Source: Acholeplasma laidlawii PG-8A
Lineage (GTDB): Bacteria; Bacillota_I; Bacilli_A; Acholeplasmatales; Acholeplasmataceae
Assembly: GCF_000018785.1 (NCBI RefSeq)
Contig: NC_010163.1
Coordinates: 1,260,001 to 1,292,000 of the forward strand
Reading direction: 5' to 3'
Length of the DNA stretch: 32,000 nt
In this document: positions 8,502-17,681 of the stretch, in pieces
Layout: each line of letters opens with the position of its first letter
How positions within the stretch are numbered: position 1 is the first letter of the stretch
Notes under the pieces: model-generated
Databases searched by the model: none
Told to the model about the DNA's origin: nothing
What the model saw: only the letters and a program-made list of their open reading frames with translations
Translations under genes and position numbers: made by a program

Positions 8502-9607
8502 CGTGTTATACCTGCCTTATTCTTTTCAATTCTTCTCTTTAAAGATTCAGGTAAATCCACTTTAGGTGCATCTGGATGTAACAACCAAGTTGAAGCAAAA
8601 TGCGTTTCACTGACCTTAAATAGAGGTGGTTCTTGCTCAAAATCGATTTGCATAGCAAATTTATTTCTTGGAGCAAAAGCATCACCAGCAGGTGGGAAAT
8701 GCATATCTGGTGGTGTTCCAGGGATAGCAAATAGTTTATCTTTTGAATCTAAATCAGGCATTGCTGATAGAAGTGCCCAAGTATATGGGTGTTTTGGATC
8801 ATAGAAGATTTCTTCTACATTACCAGTTTCAACAATCTTACCAGCATACATTACTGCAACACGGTCAGCCATATTCGCAACAACACCTAAATCGTGAGTA
8901 ATGAAGATAACTGAAAGGTTACGTTCTTTTTTAATACGGTTAATTAATTCTAAGATTTGAGCTTGAATTGTAACGTCTAACGCTGTCGTAGGCTCGTCAC
9001 AAATTAAGATTTCAGCATTGTTTGCAAGTGCAATCGCGATAACGATTCTTTGTCTCATACCACCTGAAAATTGGAATGGATAGTTAGAATAACGTTGTGC
9101 AGCATTTGCAATACCTACTTCTTCCATAAGTTCAATAGCTCTTGCTTTAGCCTGTTCTTTTGTCATACCCATTTTTAAATAAAGGGCTTCTGAAATTTGA
9201 TTACCAACACGCATAATCGGGTTTAAACTACTCATTGGATCTTGGAAGATCATTGAGATTTTAGTCCCTCTTAATAAATGGAAATCATCTTCTGAGATTT
9301 TCATTAAGTCAATAATATCAGTTTCATCATCATTTTGTTGATCTTCTTCACTACCTTCAGTTTGTTTTAATTTCTTAATGCCACTGTTATAGTAGTAAAT
9401 AGAACCTTTTTCATGGATGGAGTTACCAGCTAATATACCAATAATTGCTCTAGAAGTAACACTCTTACCAGAACCACTTTCACCAACAATCGCTAGTGTT
9501 TCACCACGATGTAAATCGAAGTTAATACCACGAACAGCCTTTAGTGTACCTTGTTGAGTTCTAAATGAGACAGTTAAATCTTGAACGGATAAAATTTTAT
9601 CTGACAT
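8498..9607 (-). CDS. oppD: Oligopeptide ABC transporter ATP-binding protein OppD
   Basis: Walker A GESGSGKSV, signature FSGGMRQRIVIAIA, Walker B ILICDEPTTALD, ITHDL, DPKHPYTWALLSAMP. The ATG overlaps the oppC stop by 1 nt. Confidence 0.9.
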   Translation of the reverse strand: MSDKILSVQDLTVSFRTQQGTLKAVRGINFDLHRGETLAIVGESGSGKSVTSRAIIGILAGNSIHEKGSIYYYNSGIKKLKQTEGSEEDQQNDDETDIIDLMKISEDDFHLLRGTKISMIFQDPMSSLNPIMRVGNQISEALYLKMGMTKEQAKARAIELMEEVGIANAAQRYSNYPFQFSGGMRQRIVIAIALANNAEILICDEPTTALDVTIQAQILELINRIKKERNLSVIFITHDLGVVANMADRVAVMYAGKIVETGNVEEIFYDPKHPYTWALLSAMPDLDSKDKLFAIPGTPPDMHFPPAGDAFAPRNKFAMQIDFEQEPPLFKVSETHFASTWLLHPDAPKVDLPESLKRRIEKNKAGITR

Positions 9608-10920
9608 TATTCTTCAACTCCTCTCAAGGATGGGTTAAACGCGTCACGTAAACCATTACCAAATAAGTTAAATGCTAAGATCATAAATGAAATAACTAAT
9701 GATGGGAAGATAACTAAATGGAATGCTGACATCATACGTGATTGACCATCTGATAATAATGCACCAAAGCTTTGAGCATTACTATAGTTAATAATACCAA
9801 GGTATGCAAATGTTGATTCTGATGTAATTACACCTGGAATATATAATACTAAAGATGTGATTAAAGTACCAACAGTACTCGGGAAAATATGTTTTGCCAT
9901 AATACGAATATCACTAGCACCTAATGTTCTAGCTGCAAGTACGTACTCGCGGTTTTTATATCTGTAAAATTGTGCACGGGTTAGTGCGGATATACCTAGC
10001 CATCCAGTTAATGTGAATGCTATGATAACAATCCATGTCGTATTACCATATCTTAATAGTAATAGTGTTAAGATAGCCATGAACGGTAATCCTGAAAGTA
10101 TTTCAGAAATACGTTCAATAACTAAGTCTAATGTACCACCATAATAACCGGATATAGAACCCACAATAATACCTACAATAATATTAATTGCAGCAACCAT
10201 AAATGCGATGATTAAAGAAACACTTAAACCATCCCACATTAATGTGAATAAGTCATCACCAGCAATTGTAGAACCAAACCAGAAATCTTGATTTGAATGA
10301 CCATAAACAACTTCTAAGAATTTAAAGAAATGAATTTGTACTTTATAAGTACCGTTTACCTCAGGTGCATCAGTGATAATGATTTTGTCACCTGGATTTT
10401 CATTTTCATATGCTTTAATTAGGTTATATTCTTTAATTGATAAAGAAAATACACTCTCATAGCTGTTTATATAATCTACATATTTGTAATAATCAACTTT
10501 TACTTTAACCATTCCAGCTGCATTAGGTTGACTAAAATCTCCAATAATAATACCTTCAGCATTTGGGTCAGTTAATAAGATAGAAAAGCGTGCCGGAAAT
10601 CCTTCGAGAGTCTTGTGACCGCTAAAACCAAACCACTCTAAACCAGAAATCCTTGGTGGCATTTCTTTTAATCTATCTGTCCATTTTCTACTTTCTGAAT
10701 TAGATGTAAGATCATAGTTTCTAAGGTGTGGACCAACAACTGACATTAATATAATAATAATTAATATAATGAACGCAATTAAAGAAGCCTTATTTTTCTT
10801 AAAGCGACTCCAAGCGTCTTGATAGTAACCAACGGCTTTTGTCTTTAATTGTTCATCATAAATAACGCCTTTATCTTGAGTAAATACAAATTTACTTTTG
10901 TCTACATTTATATTGTTCAT
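9607..10920 (-). CDS. oppC: Oligopeptide ABC transporter permease OppC (enlarged first external loop)
   Basis: 437 aa. Binding-protein-dependent permease signature region YVLAARTLGASDIRIMAKHIFPS and multiple TM helices. The start overlaps the oppB stop (ATGA). Confidence 0.9.
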   Translation of the reverse strand: MNNINVDKSKFVFTQDKGVIYDEQLKTKAVGYYQDAWSRFKKNKASLIAFIILIIIILMSVVGPHLRNYDLTSNSESRKWTDRLKEMPPRISGLEWFGFSGHKTLEGFPARFSILLTDPNAEGIIIGDFSQPNAAGMVKVKVDYYKYVDYINSYESVFSLSIKEYNLIKAYENENPGDKIIITDAPEVNGTYKVQIHFFKFLEVVYGHSNQDFWFGSTIAGDDLFTLMWDGLSVSLIIAFMVAAINIIVGIIVGSISGYYGGTLDLVIERISEILSGLPFMAILTLLLLRYGNTTWIVIIAFTLTGWLGISALTRAQFYRYKNREYVLAARTLGASDIRIMAKHIFPSTVGTLITSLVLYIPGVITSESTFAYLGIINYSNAQSFGALLSDGQSRMMSAFHLVIFPSLVISFMILAFNLFGNGLRDAFNPSLRGVEE

Positions 10921-11876
10921 CGTTTTCCAGCTCCCACTCTAATTCTTGGATCAATAATTCCATATGAAATATCAACGATTAAACCTGCAAATAAACCAAT
11001 GACAGTGTAAAACATTAGATAGCCCATGATTAATGGATAATCTCTGTTATTGAACGCTTCGATGTAAATACCACCAACCCCTTCAACTCTAAAGATTCTT
11101 TCAATTATTAGTGATCCAGATAAGATAGATACAAATCCACCAAGTAATGATGGTGCAATTGGAACTAATGCATTTCTTAGCGCATGTCTTACTGTTGCTT
11201 GCTTTTTATTTAAGCCTTTTGTTCTACTTAATAACATAAATTCTGATGTTAGTACTTCTGTTAATTCTGCTCTAGTTAATCTTGTTAAACCAGCTACAGA
11301 ACCAATAGTCATTACAATAACAGGCATTGCATAAGAAGCAAGACCTCTAGCTATATTCTCTGCAAAATCTATGTTAGCTAAAACAAAAGGTGTGTCTAAC
11401 CATTTTAATTGGTAGACTACAAAATATTGTAGTAATGTTGCTACAACAAAGGTTGGTACGGAAATAAAAATAACAACACCGATTGAAATTAAGTGGTCGG
11501 TTAATTTATTCTTTTTAAGTGCGGCCCAAATCCCTAATCCTATACCAATTGGAATTGATAATAAATAGGGAACAATATTTAATCTAAGTGATATTGGAAT
11601 TCTATCAGCTAAAATAGCAGTTACGTCTCTTGCTCTATTTAGCGATCTTCCAAGACTACCTGTTGTAAAAATATTTTTTACCCAAATCCCAAATTGTTCT
11701 AAGATTGGCTTATTATATCCCTCTATTTCCTCAAGTATTTTTCGTATCTCTGGGTCTACTCCAAGAACAGCAGCATGATAATTTGGCAACATTTTAATAA
11801 ATACGAATACTAAAAAAATGATGATTGATGCTGTTATGAAAATGAGGAAAACCCTTTTTAAGATATAATTTCTCAT
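10917..11876 (-). CDS. oppB: Oligopeptide ABC transporter permease OppB
   Basis: Typical OppB/DppB sequence (FMLLSRTKGLNKKQATVRHALRNALVPI). ATG 11876 is preferred because it has a GGAG RBS 5 nt upstream. The alternative ATG at 11891 adds 5 aa. Confidence 0.9.
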   Translation of the reverse strand: MRNYILKRVFLIFITASIIIFLVFVFIKMLPNYHAAVLGVDPEIRKILEEIEGYNKPILEQFGIWVKNIFTTGSLGRSLNRARDVTAILADRIPISLRLNIVPYLLSIPIGIGLGIWAALKKNKLTDHLISIGVVIFISVPTFVVATLLQYFVVYQLKWLDTPFVLANIDFAENIARGLASYAMPVIVMTIGSVAGLTRLTRAELTEVLTSEFMLLSRTKGLNKKQATVRHALRNALVPIAPSLLGGFVSILSGSLIIERIFRVEGVGGIYIEAFNNRDYPLIMGYLMFYTVIGLFAGLIVDISYGIIDPRIRVGAGKR

Positions 11877-11898
11877 AATTTCTCCATTCATACGACAT

Positions 11899-11931
11899 AA
11901 GAACCCTAATGTTTTATATCATCAGGGTCTT
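11899..11931 (-). promoter_or_regulatory. Intercistronic oppA-oppB stem-loop (imperfect, no T-run)
   Basis: aagaaccctaatg (11899-11911) pairs with catcagggtctt (11920-11931) with one bulge and one mismatch. It lies in the ~100-nt oppA-oppB spacer and has no downstream U-tract on the minus-strand transcript. Confidence 0.4.
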
Positions 11932-11990
11932 ACTGTCGAAATAAGTTTTACTTATTATACTATGTGTTTAGTTAAAATACAATACTTTTT

Positions 11991-14372
11991 TTAGTCAAGG
12001 TACATGTATTTTAGACCACCCCAACCCATCCATGCATGGTATTCGGTAGCTTCAAATTTGACTCTTGAACTATAAACTGTAGCTGAAACTGATGTAAATA
12101 ATGGGATTGCGATCATTTCGTCTAATAATGCCGCTTCAAATGCTGCTGTAATTCTATCAAAGTCATCGTTACGACCTGCATAGTTTACATCACTTACGTT
12201 ATAGAATGTAGATGCAGCCGCTTTGTAGACATTATCTAATGTGTCAGAATATGTGTTTGAATCACCAAACTTAGCTAAAGCTGCTGTCCATCTTCCATAT
12301 GCTGCTAATTGTGCTTCTGATGCTGTTTCTTCATTAAATTCAGCAACCCATTTTTGTAGAGCAGCTTTTGTATGTGGTAATTCGATACTTAATTGAATAT
12401 TACCAGTATCAAAACCATTTTCTAACATGTTAGCAGCACCACTAATTGAGTTATAAACTTGACCCATTAAGGAAACTGGATTGAAGTTTAGACCTTGCCA
12501 TCCACCAAATGTCATGTCGAAGTCAAAGTTATCCCAAGCAGCGTCTAATGCATCAGATGATACACCATTTAATTTAAGTTCGAATTTATCACCAAAGATA
12601 GTTTCAACTGTTTGTTTTACCCAGTTAGCAACAGTATCGTTAGTTTCGACTTTGTAATATGTATATTCTACAGTTACTTTGTCACCGTCTGCAATATTGC
12701 CATCAGCTACTGATTTAGCATAAGCTGCATCAAATAGTTGTTTAGCTTTAGTTGGGTTAAATCCAGTTGTTTCTGGTGATAATGGAGCAAATACTGCTTT
12801 ACCTGCGTCTGATCCACGGTATGATACGGAACCATATTCAGTTGCTATATAGACTGGTCCGATGAATCCTTGGTTAGCGTAAGCCGGAGCTCTAACTTCA
12901 GATGCAAACTCTTCACGGTCAATTGCATAGTAGAATGCTTGTCTAAATTCTTTATATGTTAAAATTGGATTAGTTGTTCCATCAGGTCTTTCATCAATAT
13001 TAAATGCAAATCTGAAGAATGTTGTTGCTGGAGTTAATTTTAATGTTGGTGAGTCTTTGAATTCTTTGAAGTATTCACCGCTTGCACCAACGATATCTAA
13101 ACGCCCTGCTTTAAATTCGTTAACTGCAATACTTTGGTCAGCAATAACATCATATCTAATTCTCTTAATTCTATATTCTTCAGCAGCATAGTGATCATCA
13201 TTTCTTTCGTATAAGTATAATACACCATCTTGCCATTCAATTAAGTTATAAGCACCGTAAGATACTAATGGGTTGTCAATTGTACCGTAAGTTGTAGTAC
13301 GTTTGTCAGCTGATTTACCAGCTTCGTATTTAGCTTCGTGAACAACACCTGTAATACCACTCATTAATTGACCTTTAACGTACCAAGCGTCTTTAGGTTC
13401 TGTTAATGTGATTTGGAATTTGTGTGTTCCTGTAACTTTGAAACCAACATTTGCCCAAGCTACAGGATCGTTAGGGATTTTTGTTCCGCCAACTGGATCG
13501 CCATTTTCAGCAACCGGTACAACAGCACCGTCTTCAAATCTTAATTGTGGTCTACCAGATACATAACCTTCTTGAGCTGATTCTGCATCAAATGCAGGGT
13601 TTGCATCACCGTTAGGTAATTTTGATAGATTTCCAGCTGCGTCTTCAGCTAATAATGAACCATCTTCTAATGTAAGTGCCCAGTTAGAATAGTTTCTTGG
13701 GAAATATGATGCATAACTTGCACCATAGAATTCAACAAAGTAACCTTCTACTGTAGCGAAGTAGTAGTCATAACCACCAACTTCGTGTGAATAAGCGTTA
13801 GCAATGGACACTTCTTTTCCATCTACTAACCAAACAAATTCACCGAAACTATCAGATTTTGGACTCTTTTGTTTTGTGTAAGCCTCTGCGTTTACTAACG
13901 GTAAGTTAGATGCATCGTAAAGGTTACTTGCTCTTACGTTTAATTGATCAGGATCTAATAATTGTCTCCATGAGTAATCAAATGTATTTGCGTTGATTGG
14001 AGTACCATCTTGGAACTTCAGGTCAGTTCTAAGTGTGATTTCCCAAACAGTACCGTCTCCATTAACGTCTACTGGTTCCCCAGCTGCCATTCTTGGAACA
14101 CGTGCATATGGTAATGATGCTGCATTTGTGAAGTCACCTACTTTTGTAGCTGTTCCTTCAGCAATTGCTTTATCCCAATCGTAGTCTCCTGTATATAGTG
14201 AATCTGTAACATAATCGAATAATTCACTAGCAGTTGCTAAACTTTCAGAATATGGGTTTAGTTTAGCTGTTCCGCTGGTGTAAGTACGATATGTATTATT
14301 ATCTTTTGGAGTACATGCGACTAAAACTAATGCGCTTAGTAACACTAAAAGTGTAAATAATATTTTTTTCAT
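11991..14372 (-). CDS. oppA: Oligopeptide-binding lipoprotein OppA (family 5 solute-binding protein, enlarged to 793 aa)
   Basis: Signal peptide plus lipobox MKKILFTLLVLLSALVLVAC. Family-5 SBP motifs (WEITLRTDLKFQDGTPINANTFDYSWRQLLDP). First gene of the opp operon, with RBS AGAGAGGAAAAGAGAG upstream. Confidence 0.85.
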   Translation of the reverse strand: MKKILFTLLVLLSALVLVACTPKDNNTYRTYTSGTAKLNPYSESLATASELFDYVTDSLYTGDYDWDKAIAEGTATKVGDFTNAASLPYARVPRMAAGEPVDVNGDGTVWEITLRTDLKFQDGTPINANTFDYSWRQLLDPDQLNVRASNLYDASNLPLVNAEAYTKQKSPKSDSFGEFVWLVDGKEVSIANAYSHEVGGYDYYFATVEGYFVEFYGASYASYFPRNYSNWALTLEDGSLLAEDAAGNLSKLPNGDANPAFDAESAQEGYVSGRPQLRFEDGAVVPVAENGDPVGGTKIPNDPVAWANVGFKVTGTHKFQITLTEPKDAWYVKGQLMSGITGVVHEAKYEAGKSADKRTTTYGTIDNPLVSYGAYNLIEWQDGVLYLYERNDDHYAAEEYRIKRIRYDVIADQSIAVNEFKAGRLDIVGASGEYFKEFKDSPTLKLTPATTFFRFAFNIDERPDGTTNPILTYKEFRQAFYYAIDREEFASEVRAPAYANQGFIGPVYIATEYGSVSYRGSDAGKAVFAPLSPETTGFNPTKAKQLFDAAYAKSVADGNIADGDKVTVEYTYYKVETNDTVANWVKQTVETIFGDKFELKLNGVSSDALDAAWDNFDFDMTFGGWQGLNFNPVSLMGQVYNSISGAANMLENGFDTGNIQLSIELPHTKAALQKWVAEFNEETASEAQLAAYGRWTAALAKFGDSNTYSDTLDNVYKAAASTFYNVSDVNYAGRNDDFDRITAAFEAALLDEMIAIPLFTSVSATVYSSRVKFEATEYHAWMGWGGLKYMYLD

Positions 14373-14411
14373 TCTCTCTTTTCCTCTCTACCCAATTTAT
14401 GGTATGAAAAG

Positions 14412-14440
14412 AGTTTACTATAATTGATTTATTTAGTCAA
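14412..14440 (-). promoter_or_regulatory. Candidate opp operon promoter
   Basis: On the minus strand: TTGACT (plus 14435-14440), a 17-nt spacer, then TAAACT (plus 14412-14417), about 40 nt upstream of the oppA ATG. Confidence 0.4.
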
Positions 14441-14529
14441 CAATAATATTTCAAAAAAACGACAAATGTTGTAATGTAAACGTATTCATAGCGAAAAATT
14501 TTATTTTAACCCTAAAAATCGCCCTTTTA

Positions 14530-14538
14530 TGATATACT
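14530..14538 (+). promoter_or_regulatory. Candidate extended -10 promoter element for the 14578 gene
   Basis: TGATATACT (TGn + TATACT) lies 40 nt upstream of the ATG. RBS TAGGAG at 14564-14569. Confidence 0.35.
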
Positions 14539-14577
14539 TTCACTGTTTCCACTTACAATTTTTTAGGAGTTTTAGCG

Positions 14578-14940
14578 ATGAGAGATAAAAGAAAGATTTT
14601 AAAACTATTAATAATAGATATATTGATTGGTTCCGTAGCTTTTGGTTTGTTTTACTTATATTCACCAGACTGGAAGTACTTCTTTGATTACTTCTATGTT
14701 ACAGCTGCAATACTATTTGCTTTTGGCTGGATGGTATTTATTGCAAACGAGGGTGTCTTTGACTTATTTATTTATGGTGTTCAACAATTCTTCAAAGGTA
14801 TTGTTGGTAAACGTATGAATGTGTCTTATCCAGAATATATTCAAGATCGACAGATTATTGACAGAATGACCTATATCATGTTGTGGGTTACTTCCCTTTT
14901 ATTTGTTCTAACAGGTTTGATTATTCAACTAGCTATATAA
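14578..14940 (+). CDS. Small integral membrane protein, DUF3899-like
   Basis: 120-aa ORF with a good RBS, three hydrophobic helices, and a central FDLFIYGVQQFFKG segment reminiscent of DUF3899 proteins. Identification is by eye only. A strong terminator follows. Confidence 0.65.
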   Translation: MRDKRKILKLLIIDILIGSVAFGLFYLYSPDWKYFFDYFYVTAAILFAFGWMVFIANEGVFDLFIYGVQQFFKGIVGKRMNVSYPEYIQDRQIIDRMTYIMLWVTSLLFVLTGLIIQLAI

Positions 14941-14951
14941 TATATATAAGG

Positions 14952-14988
14952 AAACAGGGCGTACCGATTAAGGTATGCCCTGTTTTTA
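14952..14988. terminator. Bidirectional Rho-independent terminator
   Basis: GC-rich stem aaacagggcgtacc (14952-14965) / ggtatgccctgttt (14972-14985) with one G-U pair, followed by ttttt. It sits between convergent stops at 14940 (+) and 14989 (-). Confidence 0.7.
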
Positions 14989-17583
14989 TTATTCACCGTA
15001 ATATGTGGTTAATATATCTAATAATACAGTTTCATTATAGATGTTTCCAATTGGAATTGGATGTGTTGGTTCAATACCAAATTCATTTGGATGATAAACA
15101 TACGGATCTGCTTCTGTACCAGTACCAGTTCTATACGCACTCATATTATTAGATGAGGTTGTAAATGCTGTACCATTAGGTAATAGAATTGGTGTAATAC
15201 TTGATGTACCACCACCGGATGTTAATCCAATAATTGGACCTAAATTGTTTTCTTTAAAGATAGTAGTTAAACTGTTAGCCGCTGAAAAGGATGTTGGTGT
15301 TGTTAGTAGTCCCCAGTTTAAGTGATCATATGTTGGAACACCTTCAATTTTTACATATGAAGTTGAGTTAGACTTCGTATCTGCACTGATACTTGATACT
15401 GCAAAACTATTTTGTGTGATAAAGCCTATAACTCTATATAGTGCACCTACGTTACCACCTGTATTCCAAGTGATATCTAAAATCATGTTTTTTAAGTTAG
15501 TTGTTTGACTTAAGATGATATCCATGTAAAACTCCATAAATACTGCACTATCAGATTTAATTAGTGAATCTGAACTATTAACAAACTCAGGAACAACTGA
15601 TTTTGTCATGTCAAACACGGATAATCCAACGATGAGTGACTTATAGGTATCATCATAAGAAGTTGAAGCATAATATTTTAAACCATCTACTTCTTTAGTA
15701 AATGTTAAGTTATTAGCTGATGCTGTAAACCCTAAACTAACAAGTGAAGCATTATAAGTTTGTAAATCTGTTCTAGTTAATCCTTTAATTAGTATTTCCA
15801 CTACATTATTATCGTGATTTGATTGGTTATAGTAGAAATACTTACTTCCACCGTTCATTGCAGGGAATATATGACTTTCCACTTTCAAGATATCTAATAC
15901 AGTTTGATTATTATAAGCTGTATCTTCAATAATATCTGCAGTAGAAAAACCATCTAAAGATAATACTGCAGATGTTTTAGCTTCATCTAAGAACCAGTAA
16001 AGTTTTCTATCTCTACCTGATGCATTCCATCCACTTGCTGCCTCGCCCCATTTTTTACCTATTTGAGCATCGGTTGCTACCATACCATCTAAATACCATT
16101 TCTTAAATCTATCACCAAAGTCATTTAAACTTGTAACAGAAGGTCCGGTATAAGTTGCACGGTTAAAATATCCTGGATAACCATAGGAAGTATGCGGCTC
16201 ATCCACCACAAACGTTAAGAATTCATGGATAGATAAGTCAAGTCTTAATGCATTTCTTGTTAAGAATGAATCGCGTTTTTCAAATAATAGATCATAATAA
16301 GTTTCAACTTCACGTAGCTCTTTTAGACCATAGAAATAATCCATAGAAAATGCTAAGAAGTTAAATGTATGGATTGTAAGATCTGTTGGCAATGCTGTAT
16401 TATTTTTAGTTGATGTTCTAATGGTTTCGTATGCATCTTCACCTTCACTTGGAAGTGAGTATACACCAAATAATCCATCATAGTTGTAGTACACATTATA
16501 ATAACTAGATCCTGCAAAGAGTTGATTTGCCATGTAATATGGTAAAACAACATCCCCTTCAAATAAAACAATATCCATGTTATATTTACTTAAATCATAA
16601 ACAACATCTACGCCTTCTGTATAATGAGCATTTGGATTTTCTCTATCATAAGTAATATGACGACCATAGTTTGTTGCTGTTGAATACACATAGCCCCAAT
16701 AAAAACCAGGGTCTGGTGCTACCAATGTATTGGTTACAGTATCAATTGTGACATTAAGGTCATACGTTTTATCTTCATCTTCATCATAATAATCATATTG
16801 AATATAAAGTGATGTGTCATTTGTTTCATATGTTATATCAAGTGCTGGATCAATAAATCCAGTTAATAACTTCATGAAATCTTCAACACGAACATAAGGC
16901 ACACTACCACCTTTTTCATATAGAAGTTCAATCTCACCATCTGAAACATCATATTCTTCTGTTAGATTTTTAAACGGCACTGTACGTCTATCTTCTAATT
17001 CAACATCTTTATTTTGATATAAGTCCACATCAAACTCATGATTAATTGTCACGCCGTTTAAAACAAACTTACCTGTAATCAATGTTGTATCTTCTGACTC
17101 ACCGTCTAATAACGGTAAGATAATACCTGTATTTGAAACATATTTGTTTGCTGATGACCAGGAAATCACTGAATTATTAATTGGCCCCTTACTAAGTAAA
17201 CTTAAGTCATAATATGTTTTGTATAATTGTTCACCTACTGCATCTATATCTTCATTAATCATGGCAGTGATTGTAGCAATATCAGTTGGATTTGCTTCAT
17301 CATCCCAAGATGCATTTAAAGTGATATTAGACGTAATTGGTGTGTCAAATGAAAATGCAACATTTTCATTTGTTGTGTACCAGTATCTAAATACAAATCC
17401 CTCTTTATTTGGATCAGCTGGTGCTTCAATTAAACCATTCTTATCCACTTTGATTGGTTCAACAGGTGAACCACCCTTCGTATCAAAAGTTACTGTTAAC
17501 TTTCCATCTGAGTTATTCGGTGTACAGGCTACAACAAATAACAATAAAAAGACAGCAACTATGAGTGTAGTTATTTTCTTCAT
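14989..17583 (-). CDS. Large surface lipoprotein: N-terminal Listeria/Bacteroides-type repeat (Flg_new-like) plus C-terminal S41 (tail-specific/C-terminal processing) peptidase-like domain
   Basis: Start moved to ATG 17583 (RBS AGAGAGGT). MKKITTLIVAVFLLLFVVAC is a signal peptide with a lipobox. TVTFDTKGGSPVEPIKV...PNKEGFVFRYWYT...ITLNASW matches the Flg_new repeat. The C-terminal ILDITWNTGGNVGAL, LLTTPTSFSAANSLTTIFKENNLGPIIGLTSGGG and GIEPTHPI match the S41 core pattern. Confidence 0.8.
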   Translation of the reverse strand: MKKITTLIVAVFLLLFVVACTPNNSDGKLTVTFDTKGGSPVEPIKVDKNGLIEAPADPNKEGFVFRYWYTTNENVAFSFDTPITSNITLNASWDDEANPTDIATITAMINEDIDAVGEQLYKTYYDLSLLSKGPINNSVISWSSANKYVSNTGIILPLLDGESEDTTLITGKFVLNGVTINHEFDVDLYQNKDVELEDRRTVPFKNLTEEYDVSDGEIELLYEKGGSVPYVRVEDFMKLLTGFIDPALDITYETNDTSLYIQYDYYDEDEDKTYDLNVTIDTVTNTLVAPDPGFYWGYVYSTATNYGRHITYDRENPNAHYTEGVDVVYDLSKYNMDIVLFEGDVVLPYYMANQLFAGSSYYNVYYNYDGLFGVYSLPSEGEDAYETIRTSTKNNTALPTDLTIHTFNFLAFSMDYFYGLKELREVETYYDLLFEKRDSFLTRNALRLDLSIHEFLTFVVDEPHTSYGYPGYFNRATYTGPSVTSLNDFGDRFKKWYLDGMVATDAQIGKKWGEAASGWNASGRDRKLYWFLDEAKTSAVLSLDGFSTADIIEDTAYNNQTVLDILKVESHIFPAMNGGSKYFYYNQSNHDNNVVEILIKGLTRTDLQTYNASLVSLGFTASANNLTFTKEVDGLKYYASTSYDDTYKSLIVGLSVFDMTKSVVPEFVNSSDSLIKSDSAVFMEFYMDIILSQTTNLKNMILDITWNTGGNVGALYRVIGFITQNSFAVSSISADTKSNSTSYVKIEGVPTYDHLNWGLLTTPTSFSAANSLTTIFKENNLGPIIGLTSGGGTSSITPILLPNGTAFTTSSNNMSAYRTGTGTEADPYVYHPNEFGIEPTHPIPIGNIYNETVLLDILTTYYGE

Positions 17584-17612
17584 TCTTTTACCTCTCTTAT
17601 AAAATTGTAAAT

Positions 17613-17621
17613 ATGATATCA
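17613..17621 (-). promoter_or_regulatory. Candidate extended -10 element for the S41-like lipoprotein gene
   Basis: On the minus strand, TGATATCAT (TGn + TATCAT) lies about 30 nt upstream of ATG 17583. No clear -35 is present. Confidence 0.3.
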
Positions 17622-17681
17622 CATTTTTTCAAAATCTATATACAAAATGTTTATAACAGTGTTTTTGCTGGTCTATATTAA

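Noticed and set aside
13311-13334. Walker-A-like match AKYEAGKS ([AG]-x4-G-K-[ST]) in OppA, reminiscent of the reported ecto-ATPase activity of Mycoplasma hominis OppA.
   Set aside because: The short PROSITE-type pattern occurs frequently by chance. I see no accompanying Walker B context, and I cannot align this protein to the M. hominis protein by eye. This is not enough to claim ATPase activity.
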